Virus record (IMG/VR): IMGVR_UViG_3300021431_000010
Span: 20,114 to 84,113 of that record
DNA: 64,000 nucleotides
Direction: 5' to 3' (one strand)
Origin: a virus
Taxonomy: Duplodnaviria > Caudoviricetes
The notes beneath the pieces are model-generated. The model was not told the DNA's origin. It worked only from the letters and a program-made list of their open reading frames with translations, and did not search any database. This document shows positions 47,379-57,389 of this stretch, piece after piece. The position numbers and the translations under genes are program-made. The first letter of the stretch is position 1. Each line of letters begins with the position of its first letter.

Positions 47379-49142
47379 ATGCCGTTATCTAATACTGCCG
47401 TACCGATATATTACGGTAGATTTAGAGATTCCGTAATGAGAGGAGAGACAAAAATTAATAAGTACATCGCTATGGAGATGAACCGTATCGATGATCTTAT
47501 TAGTAATCCAGGAGTCTACTATGATCCTGATGCAATGAATGGCTTTGTTGCTTTTTGCGAGAATGAATTAACTCTTACAAATGGCGGCGATGTTAAAATG
47601 CTTGAGACATTTAAGCTTTGGTCAGAACAGATTTTTGGATGGTATTACTTTGTTGAACGTAGTGTATGGGTTCCAGATCCTAACGGACGAGGAGGTCACT
47701 ATGTTAGCAAATATTTTAAGAAACGCCTAATTACAAAACAATATTTAATTATTGCCAGAGGTGCTGCAAAATCTATGTATGCAGCTTTTCTTCAGGCATA
47801 TTTTCTGATCTGTGATCGTAGTGCTAATGGTCAAACAGTTACAGCTCCAACTATGGCTCAAGCTGATGAAGTGCTATCTCCGATCCGAACGGCTATTAAT
47901 CGATCTAGAGGCCCTATGTTCAAGTTCATGACCTACGGATCTTTACAAAACACAACCGGTAATAGGGCTGATAGAGTAAAGCTTGCTTCTACTAAGAAAG
48001 GTATTCAGAATTTTATTACTGGATCTACGATTGAAGTAAAACCTATGAGCCGTGATAAGCTTCAGGGTTATCGTGTTAAGATCGCAACAGTCGATGAATG
48101 GCTCTCTGGAGATACAAGGGAAGACGTCATTGGTGCTATTGAGCAATCTTGTACTAAGGAGCAAGGTGGTATTGAAGAAGTAAACGACTATTTGATTGTT
48201 GCCACTTCTTCGGAAGGTACAGTTCGAAATGGCCCAGGTGATACTATCAAAATGGAGCTAATTGACATACTTAAAGGAGATTACATCAACCCGAGAGTAT
48301 CGATCTGGTATTACAGATTGGATTCTGTTGAAGAGGTTGATGATCCTGCTATGTGGGTTAAAGCGAATCCGAATCTTGGTATTACAGTAAGTTATGAAAC
48401 ATACCAGTTGGATAAAGAACGAGCTGAGAAATCTCCATCAAATAGAAACGATATTCTGGCTAAGAGATTTGGAATCCCTTTGGAAGGTTATACATATTAC
48501 TTTCCATACGAGGAAACCTTGCCACATCATTTTAGATCATTTGATAAAATGCAGTGTTCTCTTGGAGCAGATATGTCTCAGGGTGATGACTTCTGTGCGT
48601 TTACATTTTTGTTTCCACTTAGAGGTGACGCCTTTGGCGTAAAGACTAGAAACTATATAAGCTCATTTACTTACGATAAATTACCGTCAGCGCTTAAGAG
48701 TAAATACGATGATTTTGTCAAAGAAGGCAGTCTGATGATCATGGATGGAACAATTTTAGACATGATGGAAGTCTATGATGACTTAGATAGATTCATAGAT
48801 GTTCATGGCTACGATGTTAACTGTTTTGGATTTGACCCGTATAATGCAAAAGAATTTGTTGAGCGTTGGGAAACAGAGCATGGACCATTTGGAGTTGAAA
48901 AAGTTATTCAGGGTGCTAGAACAGAATCAGTCCCATTAGGAGAATTAAAGAAGCTTTCTGAACAGAGGCTTCTTTTATTTGATGAATTAATCATGAACTT
49001 TGCAATGGGTAATTGTATTACTTTGGAAGATACTAATGGAAACCGGAAGTTATATAAGAAACGTTCCGATCAGAAAATAGACTGCGTAGCAGCAATGCTT
49101 GACGCTTTTGTTGCGTTTAAACATAACAAAGATAGTTTTTAG
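47379..49142 (+). CDS. terL: Terminase large subunit
   Basis: IARGAAKS Walker A, VDEW Walker B, GADMSQGDD nuclease, KIDCVAA. Confidence 0.9.
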   Translation: MPLSNTAVPIYYGRFRDSVMRGETKINKYIAMEMNRIDDLISNPGVYYDPDAMNGFVAFCENELTLTNGGDVKMLETFKLWSEQIFGWYYFVERSVWVPDPNGRGGHYVSKYFKKRLITKQYLIIARGAAKSMYAAFLQAYFLICDRSANGQTVTAPTMAQADEVLSPIRTAINRSRGPMFKFMTYGSLQNTTGNRADRVKLASTKKGIQNFITGSTIEVKPMSRDKLQGYRVKIATVDEWLSGDTREDVIGAIEQSCTKEQGGIEEVNDYLIVATSSEGTVRNGPGDTIKMELIDILKGDYINPRVSIWYYRLDSVEEVDDPAMWVKANPNLGITVSYETYQLDKERAEKSPSNRNDILAKRFGIPLEGYTYYFPYEETLPHHFRSFDKMQCSLGADMSQGDDFCAFTFLFPLRGDAFGVKTRNYISSFTYDKLPSALKSKYDDFVKEGSLMIMDGTILDMMEVYDDLDRFIDVHGYDVNCFGFDPYNAKEFVERWETEHGPFGVEKVIQGARTESVPLGELKKLSEQRLLLFDELIMNFAMGNCITLEDTNGNRKLYKKRSDQKIDCVAAMLDAFVAFKHNKDSF

Positions 49143-49152
49143 GAGGCCATTT

Positions 49153-49596
49153 ATGGGTTATAAGTTATATAGGTCTGAAGAATTAGCTCATGCTGCTAAA
49201 GGATCTAGTTGGTCAAATCATAAATATATAAATAAATTTTTTAAGAATGGTAAATGGGTCTATGTATATAATCCTGTAAAAAATAGTCCTATGTCTAATG
49301 CTAGCCAGAACCAGTATCGGAAAACCGATGAATACTATAAAGGTGAAAATGGAAAGATGGTCCATTATACCGTTAAGACAAGAAACGGTAAAAACTGGTT
49401 AAGCTCATCAATTCAAGTTAGATCAGGAAATGATGTAACTGTTTATAAGGATAAGGGACGAATTGCACAAGGAATTGAAAAATCAGCTTCTAAAGGAAAA
49501 AGTTTTATTGAAAAACTTGCTAAGAAGAGAAGAAAAACAAAATCTAAGGATAATAGCCGTATTAAGGTAACAAGTCATAATACAACATTAGGGTAA
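49153..49596 (+). CDS. Basic protein with N-terminal ELAH tag
   Basis: EELAHAAKGSSWSNHKY. Confidence 0.7.
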   Translation: MGYKLYRSEELAHAAKGSSWSNHKYINKFFKNGKWVYVYNPVKNSPMSNASQNQYRKTDEYYKGENGKMVHYTVKTRNGKNWLSSSIQVRSGNDVTVYKDKGRIAQGIEKSASKGKSFIEKLAKKRRKTKSKDNSRIKVTSHNTTLG

Positions 49597-49605
49597 TGAA
49601 TTCTT

Positions 49606-50598
49606 ATGAATGAGTTTATCAGGTCTCCGAAAAGCAGTAAGTCAAAACTTTTAGCGAATATTAATAGAGGACTGAAATTAACTGCAAACGGTAAAGGATT
49701 AAAAGAGTTAAATATTTTAATCAATTGGAAAAACTCTATTCAATTAATGCTAAATCAAGTTTCAGAGGATAATCCTGCTAAATTATCCGATCTTAAGCGA
49801 AAACAATTTCCAATGAGTATGAATGACGATATGCAGCGAGTTAATCCTTATCTGAAAGATGATCAAGCGTTTACTATTAATTGTGCTTATTGTTCAGCGG
49901 CATATGATCTTCGAAGAAGAGGCTTTGATGTAGAAGCAGACGATTATCATAATAATGCAGATATTGATTCTAGTATTAATAGCATATTCGAGATCTATTC
50001 TTGGTGGACTCATAAAAACGCTATTCCATTTTATAGCAATAAAGAATTGAAACAGAAGCGTTTTGACGAATTGTATCCAGGATATAGGTATATGAGTGCT
50101 TCTGATTATTCTTGTTCTGATATAGAAGCAGAACTAATTAGTCAGGGTAACAACGCAAGAGGACAGATTAGTTTAATGTGGACTTTTGGTGGCGCTCATT
50201 CGTTAATTTATGAAGTATTAAATGGAAAAGTAATTTTAAGAGACTGCCAGCATAGTAAGATCAGGCATTTAAGTGAATACTATGGTTATTTAGACAGACT
50301 ATATTATTTTCGTACAGATAACGAAGAGCCTACTGAACGTATTTTAAAATGTGTGAAGAATAAACTATTCGACACAACTTGCCCAAAGGATAATGACTAT
50401 GCGTTACTATCGTTAGACTGTTTAGCTAGTCAGTTTAGACTAAACAATTTTGCAGTTACAAGGTACAAAACTTTTATAAAGGTCCATCTTAAGCAGAACA
50501 GTTTATGCTATCTGTTGATTTATCAAAATGGATCTATTAAATACATAAACGCCATTGAACACGAAAGGAAGAGTTCATGGAAGAATACAAGGAAATAA
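49606..50598 (+). CDS. Papain-fold (Cys-His-Asp) toxin/deamidase-like protein
   Basis: NCAYCSAAYDLRRRG, GGAHSL, RDCQ. Confidence 0.6.
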   Translation: MNEFIRSPKSSKSKLLANINRGLKLTANGKGLKELNILINWKNSIQLMLNQVSEDNPAKLSDLKRKQFPMSMNDDMQRVNPYLKDDQAFTINCAYCSAAYDLRRRGFDVEADDYHNNADIDSSINSIFEIYSWWTHKNAIPFYSNKELKQKRFDELYPGYRYMSASDYSCSDIEAELISQGNNARGQISLMWTFGGAHSLIYEVLNGKVILRDCQHSKIRHLSEYYGYLDRLYYFRTDNEEPTERILKCVKNKLFDTTCPKDNDYALLSLDCLASQFRLNNFAVTRYKTFIKVHLKQNSLCYLLIYQNGSIKYINAIEHERKSSWKNTRK

Positions 50599-50816
50599 TT
50601 AATAATTCATTTCCGTCATACATAATTGACTCTGCTTATGACTATGGTGATATTTTAGTATTTAATTTAATACCAAATGATTATGTAAACAAGCATCAAG
50701 ATGAAGGTCCTTTAAATAGGAGTTTTTCTATTAACAAAGTAACAAAGGAAATCAAAGCATTCTTTCCGTTTGATATTCCTTTAGAACAGTATAAAACCGG
50801 AAAGAAAATCATTTGA
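50577..50816 (+). CDS. Small protein, candidate immunity partner
   Basis: Overlaps the end of the papain-fold gene. Confidence 0.45.
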   Translation: MEEYKEIINNSFPSYIIDSAYDYGDILVFNLIPNDYVNKHQDEGPLNRSFSINKVTKEIKAFFPFDIPLEQYKTGKKII

Positions 50817-50832
50817 GGAGAGGTAATTATTT

Positions 50833-51498
50833 ATGGCATATGAATTGTATCATTCCGCAAAAGGATCTGGCTGGAAGAACCATAAGTATGTTTCCAAGAA
50901 AACTATTAACGGTAAAGTACGGTATTTTTATGGAAATAACGGTGCATCTAAGTCTAAAGAAGGCTATTCCGATTTTGGTGATTGGTTTGGCTCAGATGAA
51001 GCTGACGAATTAACAAAGTCTGGTCTTAGACTTGCTTTTGCTAAAAATAGTTATGAAGACGCATTAAAAAGTAAAAAAACTGCTCTTGGAGAAACTAGCA
51101 CTTTAAAAGCCAAATACACTTTGGCTAAGAAAGATTACGACAAAAAGAAAGCTGCGTATGATAAGACGCCAATGGGCCAGATTGAACAGGTAGGAACAGA
51201 AGCTGCAAAAGCAGTAAAAAAGGGTGCTTCCTGGGTAAAAAAGCAAGCAAAGAAAGCAGTAGCTACATATAAGCGTAAAAAAGCTGGTGCTAATGTTGAT
51301 GTAACTAGTCCTGTAAAAACACCAAAACCAATGCCGAGTGCTAAGAGGGCTAAACCTAGAACAGAGAAAAAATACGGTACTGTGTTTAATCGAATAAAAA
51401 ATGCTAATAAGCATGACCTAGCAAATGCGTATTCAAAGTCTCAGAAAGCTGCTAAAAAAGCAGTAAATGATTATTTTAATAAAAAATATGGCGAATAA
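50833..51498 (+). CDS. Basic protein with ELYH tag
   Basis: YELYHSAKGSGWKNHKY. Confidence 0.7.
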   Translation: MAYELYHSAKGSGWKNHKYVSKKTINGKVRYFYGNNGASKSKEGYSDFGDWFGSDEADELTKSGLRLAFAKNSYEDALKSKKTALGETSTLKAKYTLAKKDYDKKKAAYDKTPMGQIEQVGTEAAKAVKKGASWVKKQAKKAVATYKRKKAGANVDVTSPVKTPKPMPSAKRAKPRTEKKYGTVFNRIKNANKHDLANAYSKSQKAAKKAVNDYFNKKYGE

Positions 51499-51519
51499 GT
51501 AGTTTTACGGAGGTATGCT

Positions 51520-52029
51520 ATGCAGAATTATTATATGACTGCTTATGGCGGATACGAACTTTACCATTCTGGAATTAAAGGAATGAAGTGGGGGATTCGA
51601 CGTTATCAGAATGAAGACGGTTCTCTGACTGAAGAAGGTAAAAAACGTTACGCCAAATTAACAGGCAAAATTGAAAAACAACAGAGAAAAATTGAGAAAT
51701 GGCAGGCCAAGGTTGATAGGCAATCTGGAAAATATTTAAGAGCTGAGAAGAAAAGAGCTAAAGCAGCAAAACTTAAAAATCGTGCTTTAAATTCATGGTT
51801 TATGAGTGATGCTAAGAGAGCTAAATTAAGTTTGAAAGCTGATCGGCTTAATGCAAAAGCAGATAAAATGCAGAATAGTACTCTTAAGAATGCTGCCAAG
51901 ATTAGACGTGCTCAGTCTTTGATTAATAAGTATTCTCGCAAGATTGCTAAGTTTGCTCCAGATTCAGTATACGCCGGATCTCAGTTTATTAACGGCCAGT
52001 ATCAGAAGAAATTATCAGATATCAGATAG
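51520..52029 (+). CDS. Basic protein with ELYHxGIxGMKWG motif
   Basis: ELYHSGIKGMKWGIRRYQNEDGSLT. Confidence 0.75.
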   Translation: MQNYYMTAYGGYELYHSGIKGMKWGIRRYQNEDGSLTEEGKKRYAKLTGKIEKQQRKIEKWQAKVDRQSGKYLRAEKKRAKAAKLKNRALNSWFMSDAKRAKLSLKADRLNAKADKMQNSTLKNAAKIRRAQSLINKYSRKIAKFAPDSVYAGSQFINGQYQKKLSDIR

Positions 52030-52041
52030 GAGAATTTCAAA

Positions 52042-52506
52042 ATGGCAGAATATGAACTCTATCATCATGGTATACAAGGTATGAAATGGGGCATTCGTCG
52101 TTACCAGAATGAAGACGGTACTTATACAGAAGCTGGTAAAAAAAGACGTGCCAAGACAGAAAAAGAAAAAGCAACTGCTGATACGTATATCGATCTTTAC
52201 GGCGGAAAAGCTAATGCATCAAGGGCAGTAGCCACGAAAGGTGCGGTTGGTTCATCGGCTTTAGGAATGTTGGCATCTGCTTTTGGCGGATTATCACCGA
52301 TATTAGCTAACGCTGCATATATGGCGTCACCAGTTGCTATCGAAGGTTTAGCGACTGCTCTTGGAGCAGCAGCTGGACTTGTTCCGGCAGCGGTTTGTTT
52401 AGCTGGATCAGCATATATAGGACATAAAACTTCAGTAACGTTAGCAAATATTAAAGATTCTGAAAAAGGTCATGATTCAGTTGTCCTGAACAAGAATAAA
52501 AAATGA
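52042..52506 (+). CDS. ELYHHGI-motif protein with hydrophobic hairpin
   Basis: ELYHHGIQGMKWGIRRYQNEDG followed by Ala/Gly-rich TM-like segments. Confidence 0.75.
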   Translation: MAEYELYHHGIQGMKWGIRRYQNEDGTYTEAGKKRRAKTEKEKATADTYIDLYGGKANASRAVATKGAVGSSALGMLASAFGGLSPILANAAYMASPVAIEGLATALGAAAGLVPAAVCLAGSAYIGHKTSVTLANIKDSEKGHDSVVLNKNKK

Positions 52507-52526
52507 TTGAATAAGGAGGACCTAAA

Positions 52527-53405
52527 ATGGAGTATTATTTAACAAATGACGAGTTATACCATCATGGGATCCTCGGAATGAAATGGGGTGTAAGACGATA
52601 TCAGAATGCTGATGGGACTCTTACCGCAGAAGGCAAAAGACGTTATCGTCTTGATGAAAACGGTAAATACGTTAAACGTACTCGAGCAGAGCGTAAGGAA
52701 TACGATCGAAAAGTAAAGGCCGCTCAAGCTGCTGCAAAAGCTAAAAAGAATAAATCACCAAGAGAAAAGCCTATTAATGAATTAACTGATAAACAGCTTC
52801 AGAAGTATATCGAGCGTATGCGAAATGAGGAAACTGCAGCAAAACTCAGAAATAGTGTGAACCAGTTGGATCCAAAACCTCTTTCAAAAGGTGAACAGTT
52901 TGCAAAGCTTATGATGGATAAGGTTGTTATGCCTATGGCTCAGGATGCAGGTAAAAAGCTTATTGACGCAATGGTTCAAAATATGAATAAATCTGAACCA
53001 GATAAATATGAACAAGCTAAAAAAGAGGCAGAGTATTGGAAAAATATTAATACTGCAAAACAGCAAAAAGATCAATATGATCGAAACGTTGCAAATGACA
53101 GTAATAAAGACAAAAACAAAAAAGAAGGATCCGATAATAAAAAAAGTAATAAAGCTAAAGATTTTATTAAAAGCTTTATGCTAGATGATGACGATGAACC
53201 TTCTTCGTCTGGACCAAAAGCAGAGTTTGTCAAAGGATCTGAAAAAACAAAAAAGAAAGTAAAACCAAATTCGAATGATGCAAAAGGTCCTGAAGTTGTT
53301 GATGCTGAATTCAAAGTTAAGAATGAAGAATGGGTCAACGATTTTGTAGCTGGTTTTTATCAAACACCATTGCCTCAATTACCGTATGATCCAAATAGAA
53401 AATAG
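52527..53405 (+). CDS. ELYHHGI-motif protein
   Basis: ELYHHGILGMKWGVRRYQNADG. Confidence 0.75.
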   Translation: MEYYLTNDELYHHGILGMKWGVRRYQNADGTLTAEGKRRYRLDENGKYVKRTRAERKEYDRKVKAAQAAAKAKKNKSPREKPINELTDKQLQKYIERMRNEETAAKLRNSVNQLDPKPLSKGEQFAKLMMDKVVMPMAQDAGKKLIDAMVQNMNKSEPDKYEQAKKEAEYWKNINTAKQQKDQYDRNVANDSNKDKNKKEGSDNKKSNKAKDFIKSFMLDDDDEPSSSGPKAEFVKGSEKTKKKVKPNSNDAKGPEVVDAEFKVKNEEWVNDFVAGFYQTPLPQLPYDPNRK

Positions 53406-53416
53406 AAATAATCAAA

Positions 53417-53800
53417 ATGGAGAGATTTGTATTCTATAATCCAAATCCAAAAGGCATAAAAGTTGGTGATTGTGTTATTCGAGGATTATCTAAATTACTA
53501 GATTTATCTTGGGATAAGACATATACCGAAGTTATGCTAAAAGGATTTGAGATGAAAGATATGCCGTCAGCTAATAATGTATGGGGATCGTATCTTAAAT
53601 CAAAAGGGTATATGAGATTTAATATTTCAAATACCTGTCCAGATTGTTACACAGTAAAACAGTTCTGTGAGGATAATCCAAACGGAACTTTTCTTTTGGC
53701 CACAGGAGAGCATGTAGTGGCTGTAAAAGATGGTTTTTACTATGATGCATGGGATTCCGGAGATGAAGTTCCTATTTATTATTGGAGAAAGGAGAGATAA
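53417..53800 (+). CDS. Conserved hypothetical, possible Cys peptidase fold
   Basis: NPNP..GDCVIR...HVVAV...YYDAWDSG. Confidence 0.6.
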   Translation: MERFVFYNPNPKGIKVGDCVIRGLSKLLDLSWDKTYTEVMLKGFEMKDMPSANNVWGSYLKSKGYMRFNISNTCPDCYTVKQFCEDNPNGTFLLATGEHVVAVKDGFYYDAWDSGDEVPIYYWRKER

Positions 53801-53803
53801 AAA

Positions 53804-54226
53804 ATGGCTTATTATAATCCAAATTATACTCAGCCAACACCTAATGCCTATGGCAGTACTAACTTAAATACTAGTGGTTTCCAACCGTATAATTCTGTTC
53901 CACCAACTATCGTTTTTGTAAGCGGAGAAGCAGGAGCAAACAACTATCCGGTTGCGGCAGGAAATACCGTGTATTTAATGGACTTGAATTCCAATCAATT
54001 TTGGATCAAATCAACAGCTGCTAATGGCACTCCTCAACCTTTAAGGTCATTCTCATTCACTGAGACAACACCAAAAGTTGAGGCTGTTAGTTCTGAAAGT
54101 TACTTTGTAACTAAGAAGGAACTTGATGACCTAAAAACATACTTGGATAATCAATTTCAAGGAATTAGAAATCAGCTTTATAAAGCTAAGAAAGGACCTT
54201 TAAATGATAAATCCGATGTTAAATAA
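53804..54226 (+). CDS. Conserved hypothetical
   Basis: VSGEAGANNYPVAAGNTVYLMD. Confidence 0.65.
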   Translation: MAYYNPNYTQPTPNAYGSTNLNTSGFQPYNSVPPTIVFVSGEAGANNYPVAAGNTVYLMDLNSNQFWIKSTAANGTPQPLRSFSFTETTPKVEAVSSESYFVTKKELDDLKTYLDNQFQGIRNQLYKAKKGPLNDKSDVK

Positions 54227-54401
54227 TTTAGGCCAGTTGATGAAGAATTTTAATGATTTTGCTCAGCAATATCAAAGTCAGAATCAGAATATGACCCCGC
54301 AGCAAAAGGTGCAGGAGCTTCTTAATTCTGGCCAGATGACTCAGCAAGAGTTTAATCAGCTTAGAGAAATCGCAAATCTTATTACTGGGCGAAATTATTA
54401 G
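54204..54401 (+). CDS. Q/N-rich small protein
   Basis: PQQKVQELLNSGQMTQQEFNQL. Confidence 0.65.
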   Translation: MINPMLNNLGQLMKNFNDFAQQYQSQNQNMTPQQKVQELLNSGQMTQQEFNQLREIANLITGRNY

Positions 54402-54433
54402 AAGATATTTATTAAGGAGGTAAATTTCGCACT

Positions 54434-55111
54434 ATGGCGCTTACTGATTACGGTTCTGGTTTATCTGCAGCAGATGTTGCAGCTGTAACTGGCGGTAACA
54501 ACGGAAATGGTTTTGGATTTAATGGTGATGGAGCTTGGTGGCTTTTAGTATTATTCCTGTTCATGATGAACGGAAATACTTTTGGTCGCGGAGGATATGG
54601 AGATGGCGGTATGCAAAAAGGTTTTGATCAGCAGGCAGTTATGAGTGGTATTAATGGTCTCACTTCTGCTGTTTCTGCCGGATTTGCTAATGCCGAAGTT
54701 TCACGTTGCAATGGCAATATGAATACTCTTCAGGCTTTAAATGGTATTACGTCTAATCTTGCTGATATTAAATACACTGTTGCTACAGAGAATTGTGCTG
54801 ATAGAAACGCATTAACCGATGCTCTTAGAGATGTCATTGCATCTAACACAGCTAATACTCAGGCTATTCTTGATAAGATGTGCCAGCAGGAAATCGAAGC
54901 GAAGAACGAAACAATTGCTCAGCTTAGGACTCAGCTTAATATGCAGGCTCTTGCAGCATCTCAGAATGCTCAGACAGCTCAGATTTTAGCTAATAATGCT
55001 GCTCAGACTCAGGCTTTAGAGCAGTATTTAAATCCTACACCGATCCCTGCTTACACTGTACCAAATCCAAATTGCTGTAATTCTGGCTGGGGCAACTGCG
55101 GCTGCAATTAG
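54434..55111 (+). CDS. Gly/Asn-rich membrane protein with coiled coil and Cys-rich tail
   Basis: GAWWLLVLFLF, TQAILDKMCQ, NCCNSGWGNCGCN. Confidence 0.7.
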   Translation: MALTDYGSGLSAADVAAVTGGNNGNGFGFNGDGAWWLLVLFLFMMNGNTFGRGGYGDGGMQKGFDQQAVMSGINGLTSAVSAGFANAEVSRCNGNMNTLQALNGITSNLADIKYTVATENCADRNALTDALRDVIASNTANTQAILDKMCQQEIEAKNETIAQLRTQLNMQALAASQNAQTAQILANNAAQTQALEQYLNPTPIPAYTVPNPNCCNSGWGNCGCN

Positions 55112-55121
55112 GAGGTGGCAT

Positions 55122-55586
55122 ATGGCTGAATACAGTGCAAATGCCACGCAGACAGTAGCTCAAGGGGGCGTTGTAGTTTTTACAGACGCACCAGTGCCAT
55201 GCGCTAGAGGATTTGTCCGGCATAGAGATGGCTCTGGAAATTTTTTATTGAGCGGATGGATTCCGAATAGATGTGGCTGCTGTTGCAAGAAACAAGAAGC
55301 CAAGTATTTAGTTGACTTTGGCGCTAATATTGCCATTCCTGAAGGTGGAACAGTTGAACCAATTTCCTTAGCTTTATCTATCGATGGTTCAATTATTCCG
55401 GCTAGTGAAATGGTAGTTACACCAACGGAAGCTAATGCGTATTTCAATGTTAGTAGAGCTATTAATGTTGAAGTATGGAATGGCTGCTGTGAAAACGTTT
55501 CTGTTGTGAACACTAGTTCACAGTCTATTCTTGTAGAGAACGCAAATATTATTCTTACAAGACCTGATCTTGTAGTTAGCCGATAA
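55122..55586 (+). CDS. Beta-sandwich (BclA-C/C1q-like) protein
   Basis: Beta-rich, YLVDFGANI...ENANIILTR; Cys cluster. Confidence 0.5.
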   Translation: MAEYSANATQTVAQGGVVVFTDAPVPCARGFVRHRDGSGNFLLSGWIPNRCGCCCKKQEAKYLVDFGANIAIPEGGTVEPISLALSIDGSIIPASEMVVTPTEANAYFNVSRAINVEVWNGCCENVSVVNTSSQSILVENANIILTRPDLVVSR

Positions 55587-55600
55587 GGAGGAGTGGAACA

Positions 55601-56011
55601 ATGGATGAATCATTAGAAAAGCTCAGCAAACTTGTCGGAAAAGAGCTTGATAGAATTACTGCAAAGAATGATCTTACACCTGCTGAATTAGAAATGGCAA
55701 CGAAAGCAGTTTGCCTTTTAGAAAAAATCAAAATGGTGGAAGAACATGATTTAGATGCTTCATATTCTATGAATAATATGAGATCTAATAGGTATTATGG
55801 ACGATATAACAGTATGAATAACGGAAATTCATATCACGATTATTATCCAGATAGATCTTATGATTATTCAATGGATAGAGGCTATAGCGGTCATAGTGTA
55901 AAAGATAGAATGATTGCTCAACTTGAGAGCAACATGATGGATGGAGCCAAAAGTGAAAGCGAGAGACGAGTAATTGAGTCTCTTATTAGTCAATTAGGTT
56001 CTACAAACTAA
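55601..56011 (+). CDS. Hypothetical with YS-rich linker
   Basis: RBS AAGGAGG. Confidence 0.65.
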   Translation: MDESLEKLSKLVGKELDRITAKNDLTPAELEMATKAVCLLEKIKMVEEHDLDASYSMNNMRSNRYYGRYNSMNNGNSYHDYYPDRSYDYSMDRGYSGHSVKDRMIAQLESNMMDGAKSESERRVIESLISQLGSTN

Positions 56012-56038
56012 AAGTAAAAAGAGGAGGTAAAGCCCTAA

Positions 56039-57367
56039 ATGCCAAAATTCGGCGATAGGCTAATCCATGCATGGAATGCCTTCATGAATAGGGATCCGAC
56101 TCCTGAACCTTATATGTATGACTATGGTCAGGTTTCCTATTCATCATATAATCCATATAGGCATAGATTATCTCGTGGAAACGAGAGGACCATAGTCACG
56201 TCTATTTACAATCGTATTGCTTTAGATGTAGCGCAGATTAGATTCGAGCATGTAAAACTTGATGCTAACGGCTATTTTGTAAGCAAAATGGATTCAAGTT
56301 TAAATGATTGCTTATCTATTTCAGCAAATAAAGATCAGACTGGAAGGGCCTTTATTCAGGATGTCGTTATGTCGATGTTTGATGAAGGCACAATAGCAAT
56401 TGTACCAATTGATACATCAATAGATCCTGATAAGGGGTCTTTTGATATACTCTCTTTACGTGTCGGGAAGATCGTTGGATGGTCTCCCGACAATGTAAAG
56501 GTCAATGTTTACAACGATCGGACTGGAGGCCATGAAGAATTATGGTTCGCTAAGAAGAACGTTGCTATCATTGAAAATCCGCTTTATTCAATAATGAACG
56601 AACCAAACTCAACGTTGCAGCGATTAATTCGTACTTTAACGTTGATGGATGTCGTTGATGAACAAAGCGGCTCTGGCAAACTGGATATGATTATTCAGTT
56701 GCCTTACTTAGTTAAAACTGAAACAAAAAGGCAGCAAGCGGAACAGCGTCGAAAAGATATTGAAATGCAGCTTACCGGAAGTAAATACGGCATAGCATAT
56801 GTTGACGCTACTGAAAAGATCACTCAGCTGAATCGTCCTTTGGAAAACAATCTTTTATCACGTATTGAATACTTGACAAACATCTTATACGGGCAGTTAG
56901 GGATCACTACGGCAATATTAGATGGCACAGCAGACGAACAGACGATGATTAACTATTATTCGCGAACTATTGAGCCTATTGTTTCGGCTATTGCAGACGA
57001 GATGAAACGAAAGTTTCTGACAAAGACCGCGATTACACAACATCAGTCAATAGCGTTCTTTAGAGATCCATTCAAGCTTGTCCCGACATCTAAACTTGCT
57101 GAGTTAGCAGATAAGTTCACAAGAAACGAAATCATGACTTCTAACGAGTTTAGACAGATTGTTGGCTTATTGCCTTCTGCAGATCCTAGAGCTAATGAAC
57201 TTAGAAATAAGAACATTAACCAGGCAAGCGGTGAGCAGTTCCCAGACATGACAAATGAAGAAGGAATAGGTGATGAATTCTCTGAACAGCCTCAGGTGGA
57301 TCAAACAGAACAAGAAGAACCGATTGAGGAAAAGAGCTTGAGTGAATTAACGGTGTCTGAAATTTAG
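56039..57367 (+). CDS. Portal protein
   Basis: IYNRIALDVA, ENPLYSIMNEPNSTLQRL, RNEIMTSNEFRQ; position before capsid. Confidence 0.85.
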   Translation: MPKFGDRLIHAWNAFMNRDPTPEPYMYDYGQVSYSSYNPYRHRLSRGNERTIVTSIYNRIALDVAQIRFEHVKLDANGYFVSKMDSSLNDCLSISANKDQTGRAFIQDVVMSMFDEGTIAIVPIDTSIDPDKGSFDILSLRVGKIVGWSPDNVKVNVYNDRTGGHEELWFAKKNVAIIENPLYSIMNEPNSTLQRLIRTLTLMDVVDEQSGSGKLDMIIQLPYLVKTETKRQQAEQRRKDIEMQLTGSKYGIAYVDATEKITQLNRPLENNLLSRIEYLTNILYGQLGITTAILDGTADEQTMINYYSRTIEPIVSAIADEMKRKFLTKTAITQHQSIAFFRDPFKLVPTSKLAELADKFTRNEIMTSNEFRQIVGLLPSADPRANELRNKNINQASGEQFPDMTNEEGIGDEFSEQPQVDQTEQEEPIEEKSLSELTVSEI

Positions 57368-57389
57368 TGAAGGAGTTGAAAAATTCAAA

